DNA of 64,000 nt from Octopus sinensis (lineage: Eukaryota), in contig NC_043000.1 of the NCBI RefSeq assembly GCF_006345805.1, forward strand, positions 119,288,001 to 119,352,000, in the 5' to 3' direction. A program made the position numbers and the translations under genes. Under the pieces are notes generated by a model that had not been told where the DNA came from, searched no databases, and saw only the letters and a program-made list of their open reading frames with translations. Positions 24,376-36,639 of the stretch are shown piece after piece; position 1 is the stretch's first letter, and every line of letters begins with the position of its first letter.

Positions 24376-24899
24376 ATTATTATTATTATTATTATTATGT
24401 ACAGGGCATCAAAAAACGTTGAACATAATGAGAAACGAAAACATAAAAGCAAAAACATAGAAAACGAACTTTTTTTCGAACAACGAAAAAAACAAATGAG
24501 AAACGAGACATGCAACATAAAGAATATTCCCCTTCATCAGTTGTCCCTGTTTCATCTACTCCGCGTTACGAAAGTAAGGACAAGACGCGACTTCGTTGAA
24601 ACAATCCTTCCCGCAAAGCAAGTTAAATAAAATTTGCGATTTTTTGTAGAGGGTGAAAGTGGTAACAAGAACAGGACAGTGAGAACAAGACAGTGAAAAC
24701 AAACGGCGAGGGCTGTTAAGCCAAGACGATGGAAAAATTATTATGAACGCTAGGAAGACGAGCTTATATATAATAATAATAATAATAATTATAATTATAA
24801 TTATAATTATAATAACAGTGAAGACGAAGAAAAATTATTATGAACGCTAGGAAGACGAGCTTATATATAATAATAATAATAATAATAAATAATAATAAT

Positions 24900-24946
<47 letters not shown>

Positions 24947-24954
24947 CAGCAACA

Positions 24955-25250
24955 ACAGAAAAAAGATGGTATAGGCACACACCAGAAAAGGTCACAGAGA
25001 ACGAGAAAGCAACCATACTCTGGGATATGCCGATACACACAGATAGAGAAATTAAGGCCAACAGACCAGATATAGTTGTCAGAGATCATGAAGGAAAAAA
25101 ATGCTTTCTAATTGATGTATCAATACCAGCAGATGACAACGTGTCTCTAAAAGAAACGGAGAAACTTTCAAAATGGAAATAGAAAGTAACTGGAAATAGA
25201 AGTAACTCGAATGTGGAATCTAAAAACAGAAACAATTCCTATCATACCTA
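24955..25250 (+). pseudogene. R4/Dong RLE fragment starting in (AAT)n
   Basis: Manual translation gives NEKATILWDMPIHTDREIKANRPDIVVRD..CFLIDVSIPADDNVSLKETEKLSK. Confidence 0.85.
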
Positions 25251-26104
25251 TTTCTTTATTACCCACAAGGGGCTAAACACAGAGGGGACAAACAAGGACA
25301 GACATAGGTATTAAGTCGATTATATCGAGCCCAGTGCGTAACTGGTACTTAATTTATCGACCCCGAAAGGATGAAAGGCAAAGTCGACCTCGGCGGAATT
25401 TGAACTCACAACGTAACGCAGACGAAATACCGCTAAGCATTTCGCCCGCCGTGCTAACGTTTCTAAGTATTTTGTCGCCTTGTCTAAGCATTTTGTCCGG
25501 CGTGCTAAAGATTTTTTCGACTCACTAACTTTGAATATGTTACAAGGCTATCAGTAGCATTCATCCCAGTGCTCAATTTTCTCATAAGTCATGCACTCAA
25601 GTGCAGTATTGATGTGAAGCATTAATCGTATGGAAATGTTTACTGATAGCCATGACGCAATTTCTATAACAAAATTATTTTGCTTCTACTTTTAACTGCA
25701 ACAATGATTGAACGTGAACAATAAATCGCAAAATAATAGCACAACGCCTTACAGAAACCACATCTGTTACTTCCCAAATAAAGATTTTATGAATCACTAC
25801 ATTTAGCTTTTATGTATACATTTGTGAACAGGATTCCAGACACTCTCTTATTACAGATATATTGGTGTAAAAAATGCATTTTACGTAGCTCGAGGGAAGG
25901 GATGGGAAGGTATTTTTTATTTTATTTTATTGTGTGGTCAGAATTTTGCTTCCCAACCACTTGGTTCTGGGTTCGGTCCCAGTGCATGACACCTTGGGCA
26001 AGTATTTTCTACTATAGCTCCGGGCCAACCAAAGCCTTCACAGTGAATTTAGTGGCCGAAAACTGGAAGTCGTAGTCGTGTGTACACACACACACACACA
26101 CACA

Positions 26105-26135
<31 letters not shown>

Positions 26136-26198
26136 CACACCACACACACACAACACACACACACACATACATACACACACATACACCATACACACACA

Positions 26199-26269
<71 letters not shown>

Positions 26270-26486
26270 GGATTCAGACAGAATTGGGTACTTGAAAAGA
26301 TATGCTCAAAGTAGGGTTGGATAAACCTGTGGTCCCCACCCATGGTCGATATATATCAAATAGAATATTCCTATTGTATTCACAGAAGAAACCAACCCTA
26401 TGTGTATTTAGCGCCAAGGGGCTTGTCCAAAGTACACGTTACGTTGATTGTACGTTGTTGGTATACTCCAGGGTGTCCAATGTACC
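25247..26486 (-). repeat. Right arm of the inverted segmental duplication (partner 19348-20497)
   Basis: See the left arm. Confidence 0.85.
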
Positions 26487-26539
26487 GTAAATCCCCCCTG
26501 TGTATTATAACCAAATGAACAATAACAAATGAATGATTA

Positions 26540-26940
26540 TTTTCTACTCTAGGCACAAGGCCCGAAATTTTTAGGGAGGAGCCCCAGTCGATTAGATCGA
26601 CCCCAGCACGCAACTGGTACTTAATTTTATCGAGCCCGAAAGGATGAAAGGCAAAGAAGACCTCGGTGGAATTTGAACTCAAAACGTAAAGACAGACGGA
26701 ATACCTATTTCTTTATTACCCACAAGGGGATAAACACAGAGGGGACAAACAAGGACAGACATAGGTATTAAGTCGATTACATCGACCCCAGTGCGTAATT
26801 GGTACTTAATTTATCGACCCCGAAAGGATGAAAGGCAAAGTCGACCTCGGTGTAATTTGAACTCAAAACGTAAAGACAGACGGAATACCGCTAAGTATTT
26901 CGCCCGGCGTGCTAACGTTTCTGCCAGCTCGCCGCCTTCA
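26540..26940 (-). mobile_element. SINE family B multimer
   Basis: Two to three body units and one head. Confidence 0.8.
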
Positions 26941-27434
26941 GTAACAAATGAATATTAACAGACGACGGATAACTGTCGGCTCATAACAGCTGTTTCTTAC
27001 GCGTTTTTAATTAGAACAATGAGAACATTACTTCATTGCCAAAAACCGTAATCATCTGATAGAACATAATTTCCAAAACAGAAGAATATCCCAAGAATAC
27101 AGCAGGGACGTGACTGAATTCTGTCGAAGCTTACCATGAAATGGGAGAATGACCAACAAAATTAGCCGTTGTGGGCATTAAGGGGTGGAGTTAGGCTAAA
27201 GAATTTAGTTTGTGAAAGGATGTAATATGATATTCATGGTTAGCTTCCCGGGTGAAATAAGAGTCAGCTAGACTGGTTTAGTAATGTGGATAGCTGGGAG
27301 AGAACCGAAGATAAAGAAAAGATTAAAAAATACAGAAAAAGTTTTAAAAATAAAGAGTAAAAACGGAAGAAATATATAAGTGTGTAAAAAAGCCAATTAG
27401 GTATAGGGTCGGGGTTTAGGATTCGCTAGTTAAG

Positions 27435-27905
<471 letters not shown>

Positions 27906-27919
27906 CCAGTTTATATATA

Positions 27920-28002
<83 letters not shown>

Positions 28003-28419
28003 TGAAGATGTAAACACGTGGCATGTTCTATATCACCTCGTCTTTATATGTTAATTTTGGCTTTCCTGCTGACGAGAGCTTCGCCAAAGTAAATATTTTA
28101 TTTAATGAAAATTGCTTGAAACCATGGTACAGGAAATAGAGGGTAAATGTTTTTATTTTTCATTCCCTTTCGAAATTGCCCCTAATTGTGGTTTGGAGTT
28201 TAACTACTCCTTCAAGCGGGTCAGATGCCTTGTTATGGACATCTCTTATGTGTTTAAATGTACACTGTATATATATATATATAAATATATATATATATAC
28301 ATTGATCATAGAACACATATCAAATTCGAGTTAACAACTTTATATATAGCAGCATACCTCCAAACATTTGATCATATATAAATATTTCCATGGTTCTTAA
28401 ACATATAAATCATACATAC

Positions 28420-28680
28420 ATTGGGTTGGTGCATAATTATTGCAGCTTTCTTTTTTTTTATCTCTACAAATTTTATTCAACAAAAGCAATGGAACAACAA
28501 CATGGAACAAAAACATCTTTAAATTATTATTGCGGTGCATATTCACCAGCTATTTCAATTACTGCTTCCCATTTGCTTGGCAAACTGTCAAACCGTTATT
28601 TAAAGATGTTTTGTTAAATATTGTTATTGTTTTTGTTGAATAAAATTTGTTGAAAAAAGCCACAATAATTATGCTCAATA
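28420..28680. mobile_element. Mariner-type MITE
   Basis: ATTGGGTTGGTGCATAATTATTGC terminus resembles Hsmar1/MADE1 TIRs. A second copy lies at 55259-55475. Confidence 0.75.
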
Positions 28681-29069
28681 CGAAAACCACAGGAGGTAAA
28701 AATATATATATGCGAATAGAAATACAGATATATAGAACGGCCAATCAATAAGGTTAATACCATCGACTAAAAATTCTAAAGTGTGTCATACTACTAAAAG
28801 TCTAAATAAAATAAAATAAAATAAAACATCAATCGACTATAAAAGTTTTCTTACCCACCTCAAATCAAAGTGTACGTCAAAAAAGTTCAATTCATCAAAG
28901 CCATGGTAGGTTGGAGTCCGGGAGTGAAAAAGGTTCCACAAAAACAAGTCAAATGCACCTATGGTCATTTCGGGAGTTCATTGCTGCGGTTCGATTACAG
29001 TTAAAGGGCATCTTGGCAATGAACCCGAAACTCATTGTGGAACTCTTTTTGCTCCTGGACTCCAACCTA

Positions 29070-29654
29070 TTTCTTTACTATCCACAAGGGGCTAAACACA
29101 GAGAGGACGAACAGGGACAGACAAACGGATTAAGTCGATTATATCTGATACTTGTTTAATCGACCCCGAAAGGATGAAAGGCAAAGTCGACCTCGGCGGA
29201 ATTTGAACTCAGAACGTAGCGACAGACGAAATACCTATTTCTTTACTAACCACAAGGGGCTAAACACAGAGGGGATAAACAAGGACAGACAAACAGATTA
29301 AATCGATTATATCGACCCCAGTACGTAACTGGTACTTGTTTAATCGACTCCGAAAGGATGAAAAGCAAAGTCGACCTCGGCGGAATTTGAACTCAGAACT
29401 TAGCGGCAGACGAAATACCTATTTCTTTACTACCCACAAGGGGCTAAACACAGAGAGGATAAACAAGGACAGACAAACGGATCAGGTCGATTATATCGAC
29501 CCCAGTATGTAACTGGTACTTATTTAATCGACCCCGAAAGGATGAAAGGCAAAGTCGACCTCGACAGAATTTGAACTCAGAACTTAACGGCAGACGAAAT
29601 AAGGCTACGCATTTCGCCCGGCGTGCTAACGTTTCTGCCAGCTCACCGTCTTCT
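29070..29654 (-). mobile_element. SINE family B trimer with 14-bp TSD
   Basis: Three units at 184-bp spacing and one head. TGGACTCCAACCTA occurs at 29056-29069 and 29655-29668. Confidence 0.9.
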
Positions 29655-30179
29655 TGGACTCCAACCTACCATGGTTTTTATGACCTGAACTTTTTTTGGC
29701 GTACTTTTTGATTTGAGGGAAGTAAGAAAATTTTTTTAGTCGATTGATATTTTATTTTATTTTATTTTATTTTATTTTATTTTAGTAGCATGAAACGCTT
29801 TAGAACTTTTAGTCGACTGCATTTACCTTTTTGATAAGCCGTTCTATATATCTGTATTTTTATTCGCATATATATTTTCACATTCTGTGTTATTTGTATA
29901 TGTATGCTTTTATATGTTTGAGAACCATGGTGACATTTATACATTTATATATGATCAAATGTTTGGAGGTATTGGGTTATATATAAAGTCGTTGACTCGA
30001 ATATGATATTTGTTCTATGCTCAGTGTTTCTTTATCTCTGTCTCAATTACATTTGAGCACTTCTTTTTTGCAGTCCTATAAATCCTTTTGTTTCCAGAGA
30101 GACAAAAATTATTTCTTGTCGTGTATATAAATATAATATATATATATATATATATATAATATATATATATATATACAAT

Positions 30180-30445
30180 ATTTACATTGGACGGATATCT
30201 GTCATCACCTTGTTTGTTGTTGCCAGAACAACCTTCATCAAGTATCCTGGTGGAATTTCGAACCCAGTACTTTATTTAACTACTGGGGTATTCTGTTCCC
30301 ATTCCTAAGGTATTTGTTGCTGATATTATTATTATTATTATTATTATTATTCAAATAAGTCGGATTGAACCTGGAATCCTGTGTTTAATAGCGCGAGCTC
30401 TTAACCACTACGCTATATGCCTGGGGGCATAAAGTGACTTGAATA

Positions 30446-30497
<52 letters not shown>

Positions 30498-30708
30498 TAA
30501 TAACATTAGCAAAAAAATGGCTTAGGAATGATAACAGAGTACCCCAGTAGTCAAATGAAGGCTTGGGTTCGAAATTCCACCAAGACACCTGATGACGGCT
30601 GGAGAGTACATTAGCCGAAACGTGGTAACAACAAACAAGATGAGAACACCTATTCGCCTAATGTAATTATTGTACATAATTCCTCAAATCTTAAATGTAG
30701 AACAGTGA
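30180..30708. mobile_element. Second palindromic tRNA-head/(AAT)n/hammerhead element, more diverged
   Basis: Same inverted layout as 3315-4017. The tRNA head (TAGCGTAGTGG..GGTTCAATCC) is on the minus strand at 30362-30422. TA repeats flank both sides. Confidence 0.8.
30584..30630 (+). ncRNA. Minimal hammerhead ribozyme motif
   Basis: GACAC-CTGATGA-C-GGCT..AGCC-GAAACGT; the cleavage site and 3' stem I are damaged. Confidence 0.6.
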
Positions 30709-30709
30709 T

Positions 30710-30776
<67 letters not shown>

Positions 30777-31029
30777 TTACATGAAGTTAAATATATGGTT
30801 TCACATCAATAAAGCGCTTAGCAATATAGACGACATATCAGACTCCAATGACTGCAGGCATATAACCTCTCTTCAACCTGGAGGTAGAAAACTGTTACGG
30901 TCAGTTAATTTGTAAACAAACGAATAATATACACTGTCTGAGCCTTAAACGAGACGGATTATCACCCTTACACGTAACCGGTTAGCACATCTTATGGTTC
31001 TAAAGGGTGATCGAAGTATCTCCAACCTT

Positions 31030-32995
31030 AAGTTGGTTCCAGTCTGCAAATACATTTTACAATACTAATCGACGAACGGAGAATACCAACCTGCAGTAGA
31101 GGCTGTAGATTTCGTGTCTTGAATTTAAGAGAGATTCCTAGTCCAGCGCGTCTTTGAGAATTCTTGTCCGCTCTACTATGCAAACCTTGCATAGGATTCC
31201 AATTTATATAGCATCCCAGCTGCCCTATGATCTTCCATTTAATTTCGTATGGATTTCCTTCATCCTCAAGGCTCCACAAATGACAGGCCAGGAACGTGAC
31301 GTAACGTCTTTCCAGAACTCTAAAAGAGGGCCTGTAGCTGTACAGGCGCCACTTAAAAGCAGTTCCGGCCGACCCGATGCATTTTCAATGTATATTATTG
31401 TGTGGGAAGAATATTCCTTAGGTTATTAGACAAGCGCTTCACGCAGACACACAAATACGGACGTTTGTTCAATAAGCACAAGTAAGAGTCTCCTTTAGTT
31501 GCGCACTCAATACGGAAAGAACATTGGCAAACACCCATAAAACGCAAACAGAAGCAGGTTGCTCATGCAATGACTTCCCAGTGGAGGGAGCAACGCAAGG
31601 CTGAGGGAGTCTTATATGTGACTGGCTGTGCTCTCTCCCCTGGTTTGCCTTTCGTTGGCTCAGGAGCTGAAGTTGTTGTTGTTGCTGCTGCTGTTGTTGG
31701 AGTTGTTGTTGGAGCAGTCACTGGTGCTGATATTACGGGGCGTGGGTCGGCGATACTTCTGTTGTTGCCGTTGCAGTAGTTATCCCCTGCCGTAGCGTTA
31801 GTGTTAATTCTGAGCGTGGAACTGGTACCACCGCTGGTGTTGCTGGCACTAGCGTGGTCATCTCCGGCCGTAGTGCTGGAGTCGGTGCTGGAGTCGGTAC
31901 TGCGGTCGTAGTTGTCGGTGCTGCGGTCGTAGTTGTCGGTGCTGCGGTCGTAGTTGTCGGTGCTGCGGTCGTAGTTGTCGGTGCTGCAGTCGTAGTTGGC
32001 GGTGCTGCGGTCGTAGTTGTCGGTGCTGCAGTCGTAGTTGTCGGTGCTGCGGTCGTAGTTGTCGGTGCTGCGGTCGTAGTTGTCAGTGCTGCGGTCGTAG
32101 TTGTCGGTACTGCGGTCGTAGTTGTCGGTGCTGCAGTCGTAGTTGTCGGTGCTGCGGTCGTAGTTGTCGGTGCTGCGGTCGTAGTTGTCGGTGCTGCGGT
32201 CGTAGTTGTCGGTGCTGCGGTCGTAGTTGTCGGTGCTGCGGTCGTAGTTGTCGGTGCTGCGGTCGTAGTTGTCGGTGCTGCGGTCGTAGTTGTCGGTGCT
32301 GCGGTCGTAGTTGTCGGTGCTGCGGTCGTAGTTGTTGGTGTTGGTGTTCCTGCAGCTTGATGCGTTGCTACTGCTGCCGCCTCCACCATTGCCATAGTTG
32401 TCTCCATGTTATAGGATGAGCCACTGCTACTATTACTCTGGTTGTTATGGTTGGATACTACCACAGCCTCATATAAGACTTCCTCAGCCCTGCATTGCTC
32501 CTCACGCTGAACAGTCATTGTACACCCTGCTTGAGTAACCAGCCTCTGTGTGCGTTTTATAGGTGTTTGTCAATTTTCTTTTCATGTTGGACGCGCAACT
32601 AAAGGAAACTCTTAGCTGAGCCTGGTGAACAGGCGTCCGTACTTGTGTGTCTGCTTGAAGCGCTTGTCTAATAACCTAAGGAATATTTTCCCCACACAAG
32701 TTTTAATGTTGAGTGAGAAGACTGGAGCAAACCAAGCGACATTCCGGCAGCGCTTCCTTTTGCGGGTTCTAGGGTCCAGCGTATAGAAGATGCGGTGCTT
32801 AAACACCTTTTACGCCGAAACCTCGTAGTAATAGGAGGCCGTGGCGTCGAATGTTTTTTTTTTTTTCGAGGAGAGGTTCGAGAACCTCTTGCTGACACCC
32901 TTCACTAGGTTTTTGAACATGATAAGTAGGTGGCAGGAGGCTGTGTTGATGTAGAACAGGCTCTCACTCGGTTTGCAGTAAGGCTCCGGTTCACA
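31030..32995 (-). mobile_element. Penelope-like element remnant (RT C-terminus and GIY-YIG), rearranged
   Basis: PYCKPSESLFYIN.., RNVAWFAPVFSLNIKTCVGKIFLRLLDKRF, VLYEAVV (GIY), CIGSAGTAFKWR (YIG) and LWSLEDEG.PYEIKWKII. An inverted copy lies at 31400-31625 (+). Confidence 0.85.
31894..32340. repeat. 21-bp GC-rich minisatellite, about 21 units, open on both strands (PTTTTAA / GAAVVVV)
   Basis: Unit GTCGTAGTTGTCGGTGCTGCG. Confidence 0.95.
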
Positions 32996-33000
32996 CATCA

Positions 33001-33043
<43 letters not shown>

Positions 33044-33049
33044 GGTAGG

Positions 33050-33102
<53 letters not shown>
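33050..33102. repeat. (GATA)n at the 3' junction of the Tx1 element
   Basis: Seen directly in the sequence. Confidence 0.95.
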
Positions 33103-33103
<1 letters not shown>

Positions 33104-36064
33104 TGTTTCTTTATTAGCCACACAGGGCTGCACACAGATAGAACAAATTACAAGGTAGAGCTTTTCTTTTGAAGGTTAAAAAAAAAAAAAAAGGAAGGGA
33201 AGTTTCGATCAAAAGGGATCGTAAAAGGAGAGAAAGAGGACAAAAAAAAGGGGGGTTAAAAAAAAAGGGGGAGAGGAAAAAAAATTGATCAATAGGGATC
33301 GTTATCACAGAAATGTCAATATGAAGTGTAAAGGGGAGGACAGGTGAGGTTTACCCGTGGAAAGAAAAGCCTACGGAAAAGACCACGGTAACCTCGGTCA
33401 ATGGAGTCACATGTTATCTTTTTTTTTTTTTGCGAATAAGCAACTCTCTGTTTTCAATTTCTGGGTTCATAGGATCATGCTCAAGGTGGCTTCGTTATTC
33501 ATACGTCATTCTTGCTACATTCACCCATCTTTTTTTAAAACATTCGCTAGACAAAACTTGCCTCTCTACTCTCACTTTCTTTTCAAGTGGTACTTGAAGA
33601 AGTTGATGAGAGATTGACCAGAGAGAAAGTGTTTGTCTCCAATCCTTTCAGACGCGTCCACCAGATACATTCTTTCGCCATAGCCACAAGGATGATGAAA
33701 ATAGCTCTTCCTTCCCGTTTGAAGGAGGGAGGCGTGACAATATTGACGATAGACTCAGTGATAAACCGACTCGTCCCACACGTGACAGCAGTTGTTCGAC
33801 ATAAGCCCACAGGTCGGAAATTGTTGGACACTGCACGAGTGTGTGCAGAACGGTTTCGTCGCTCTGACCGCATCTCGGGCAGGTCGGCCCCGTGTTTCTC
33901 GAGCCGTGTCTGTAGAGCTTATCCCGAACGGGTAGCGCTTCTCGGTAGCACTGCCAGGCCAGGGATCTCTGGAAGTTGTCCATGGGCCCTGGCCCGAAAG
34001 TCGTCCTGAACAGGCGGGTCAGGTACTCCTCGTCGACGTCCAGGTTCGCCCCGAGCTCGTCGTCGTACCTCCCCTCCACTAAACCCCTATAGAATGCTTG
34101 GTTGTGTTGAAGTCACTCAAGGTCGACCCAGGACGGCAGAGTTGCTTGAGAGCAACGCGACACTTGCGGTGCCATTCGCCCTTCTTCGGCCTCTTTTTGA
34201 TCCACGACTGCAGTTCGGTCATGGAGACGAGCTGCGGGAAAGCGTGCCTCACAAACGGCGACCACACCTGTTCACCGTCGTCTACATAGAGCCAGAGATG
34301 TCGCAGTCTCAGCGCGTGTCTGCGCATCATCAACCACGGCATGCCCAGCCCTCCTTTTAACGGGTGTTGACAGCAAATGGATCGCCTGACCATCGGGACG
34401 CATCCTTTCCACAAGAAGCGAAAGAGAATGCGTTGTAGTTTGGTGATGGTAGGGTCGGGACAAGGTACGACGGTCAGGCGGTAGTAGATGACGGACGCGA
34501 TTGTACGGGTCGCCACCTCCGCCCGACCTTTAGGGACAGTTTCCTCTCGGCCCATTGCGGGCGAGAGTGACCACCCTACTCGTTATCTCGTTCCAGTTCT
34601 TCTCCACTTGGAGGTCCGGACCAAACCAGACCCCGAGCAACTCAACCGGCCGTCGGTCCAGCGTCCCACGACGGAGGCGCTGGTGGACGGCATGGGCTTG
34701 CTTCTCCAGGTGCCTAGTCGCAAGCCCACTGACTTTTCCCGGTTGATTTTCGCTCCTGTCACCGCTTCGTAGTTTTTCAGTGTCTCGCCACCTGCTCGAT
34801 GTGCTCGTGGCTAGACACTATGACGGTGACGTCGTCCGCATATGCAGACACGCTCGTCCCGCATCCCAGTTCTCGCGGGATGCCTCTCAAGGTTGCCAGC
34901 TTCCGCAATAATGGCTCGAGAGTCAATACGTATAGAAGCGACGAGAGGGGGCATCCCTGACGGACCGAACGTGCGATGTCGAAGGGTCTCGATAGATGTC
35001 CATTCACGCGAATTACCGAACGGATGCCTCTGTACAAAGCGGCTATCCAGCCGCGGAAGACAGGACCGAAGCCAGCCGCTCCGAGGACCGCCTCCAAGTA
35101 TCGATGGTCCACCCTATCGAAAGCTTCGATTGATCCAAATTGATCAGCGCCCCACCCATGCCAGGTTCGTTAACTACCCTGTCTATGATGGTAGCGCATC
35201 AGGTGGAGGTTGTCATGGATGGTCCGGCCTGGCACGGCGCATGTTTGCGCCCTGTCGACCAGTTTCTCGATGACAAGCGCCAACCTCTTGGCTAGCACCT
35301 TGGCCAAAATTTTCAAGTCTGCATAAGCAGAGTGATGGGCCTAAAGTTATCTATACATTTCCCTTGTTAGATCTTTCTTCAGCAGTGTTACGGCTCCTCG
35401 GCTCACAAAACCAGGAATGCTTCCGTTTTGCTGCCAGTTGCAGTACACCGCCGCCAAGAGATCTCCAAACACGTCTGGCATACAATTGTAAAGCTCGTAG
35501 GGTAGACCATCCAAACCCGGTGATTTGTCCCTCGAGCATTCTGCCATCACTTCCTGCACTTCTGCCGCCGTGATGGCACCTTCGCAGCACCCTGCCTTTC
35601 TTGTCGAGAGTCGTGGTAGGCTATGTAGGTAGGCACTGAAGTCCACCCTACGTTCTTGCCCTCCACTCGTTCCGAACAGTCGGGCAAAATGCTGCTGAAA
35701 GGCCTCACACATTTTACTTGGCTCGAGCAATTCGCGCCCCTGTTCATCTACCAGGGACCGAATGGTGGCTTTGTTGCCCTGTTGCGCCTCTGCCACCCGG
35801 GCCTCTCCCGCGGCTCCAACACCTTCATTCCTTAGAGCACGCATCCTAGCTCTGACAGCACATCCTTCGTGTTTGGCGTTGAAGTGTTGGTCGAGGGCCA
35901 ACCTCGCCGCCAAAACGTCGGATGCGATGCCGCTTCTAATTGCCTCTTCTAGCTTCTTAACTAGCTCACCCTCTACTCTATTTCTATCTATGGCTAGTGC
36001 TTTGCTGTACCTAATCGCTTCTGCTTTTACTGCTCTCTTGAGGGCAAACCACCATTTGTTGTTG

Positions 36065-36065
<1 letters not shown>
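33103..36065 (-). mobile_element. 5'-truncated Tx1/L1-clade LINE ORF2, frameshifted
   Basis: KSPGLDGLPYELY, RQGCPLSSLLYVL.LEPLL, AYADDVTV, GGLGMP and the C-terminal CPRCGQSDETVLHTLVQC zinc knuckle. The 3' UTR ends in AATAAA and (TATC)n. Confidence 0.92.

Positions 36066-36144
<79 letters not shown>
36066..36144. repeat. (GATA)n at the 5' junction of the Tx1 element
   Basis: Seen directly in the sequence. Confidence 0.95.
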
Positions 36145-36145
<1 letters not shown>

Positions 36146-36262
36146 CATATATATATATATATACACATATTTATATATGTATATATATATTCACACACAT
36201 ACATATATATATAATATATATATTTATATAAATATATATATATATAGACACACACACATACA

Positions 36263-36324
<62 letters not shown>

Positions 36325-36580
36325 CGTGTGTGTGTGTGTGTGTGTGTAGAAAGAAAATGCGAATAGAGAAAATTAAATTTTTAATAGTAGAATTCTCCTT
36401 AAAAAAAGACAATTGCTTTAGTTGTATCAACTTATTTAGATAAAGAAAATATCACTGAAATTCATATTTACCAAAATACATGTTAACACAACGTTTACAA
36501 GGCAATCCGAATTACTTAAACACACGCACACGTATGCATATGCGTACATCTTATTTATATATATATGTGTGTGTGTGTGT

Positions 36581-36615
<35 letters not shown>

Positions 36616-36639
36616 TTGTGTGTGTGTGTGTGTGTGCGT

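Larger units (their letters stand above)
28300..30030. mobile_element. Long foldback-like inverted repeat with two later insertions
   Basis: 28300-28415 plus 28695-28945 is the reverse complement of 29035-29069 plus 29655-30030. Confidence 0.75.

Noticed and set aside
24500-24545. CTGATGA on the minus strand as a further hammerhead
   Set aside because: There is no stem II closure or GAAA at a suitable distance.
31733-32518. Standalone mucin gene
   Set aside because: The N-terminus is PLE GIY-YIG sequence, and I saw no signal peptide or convincing splice sites. Kept only as an alternative in the findings.
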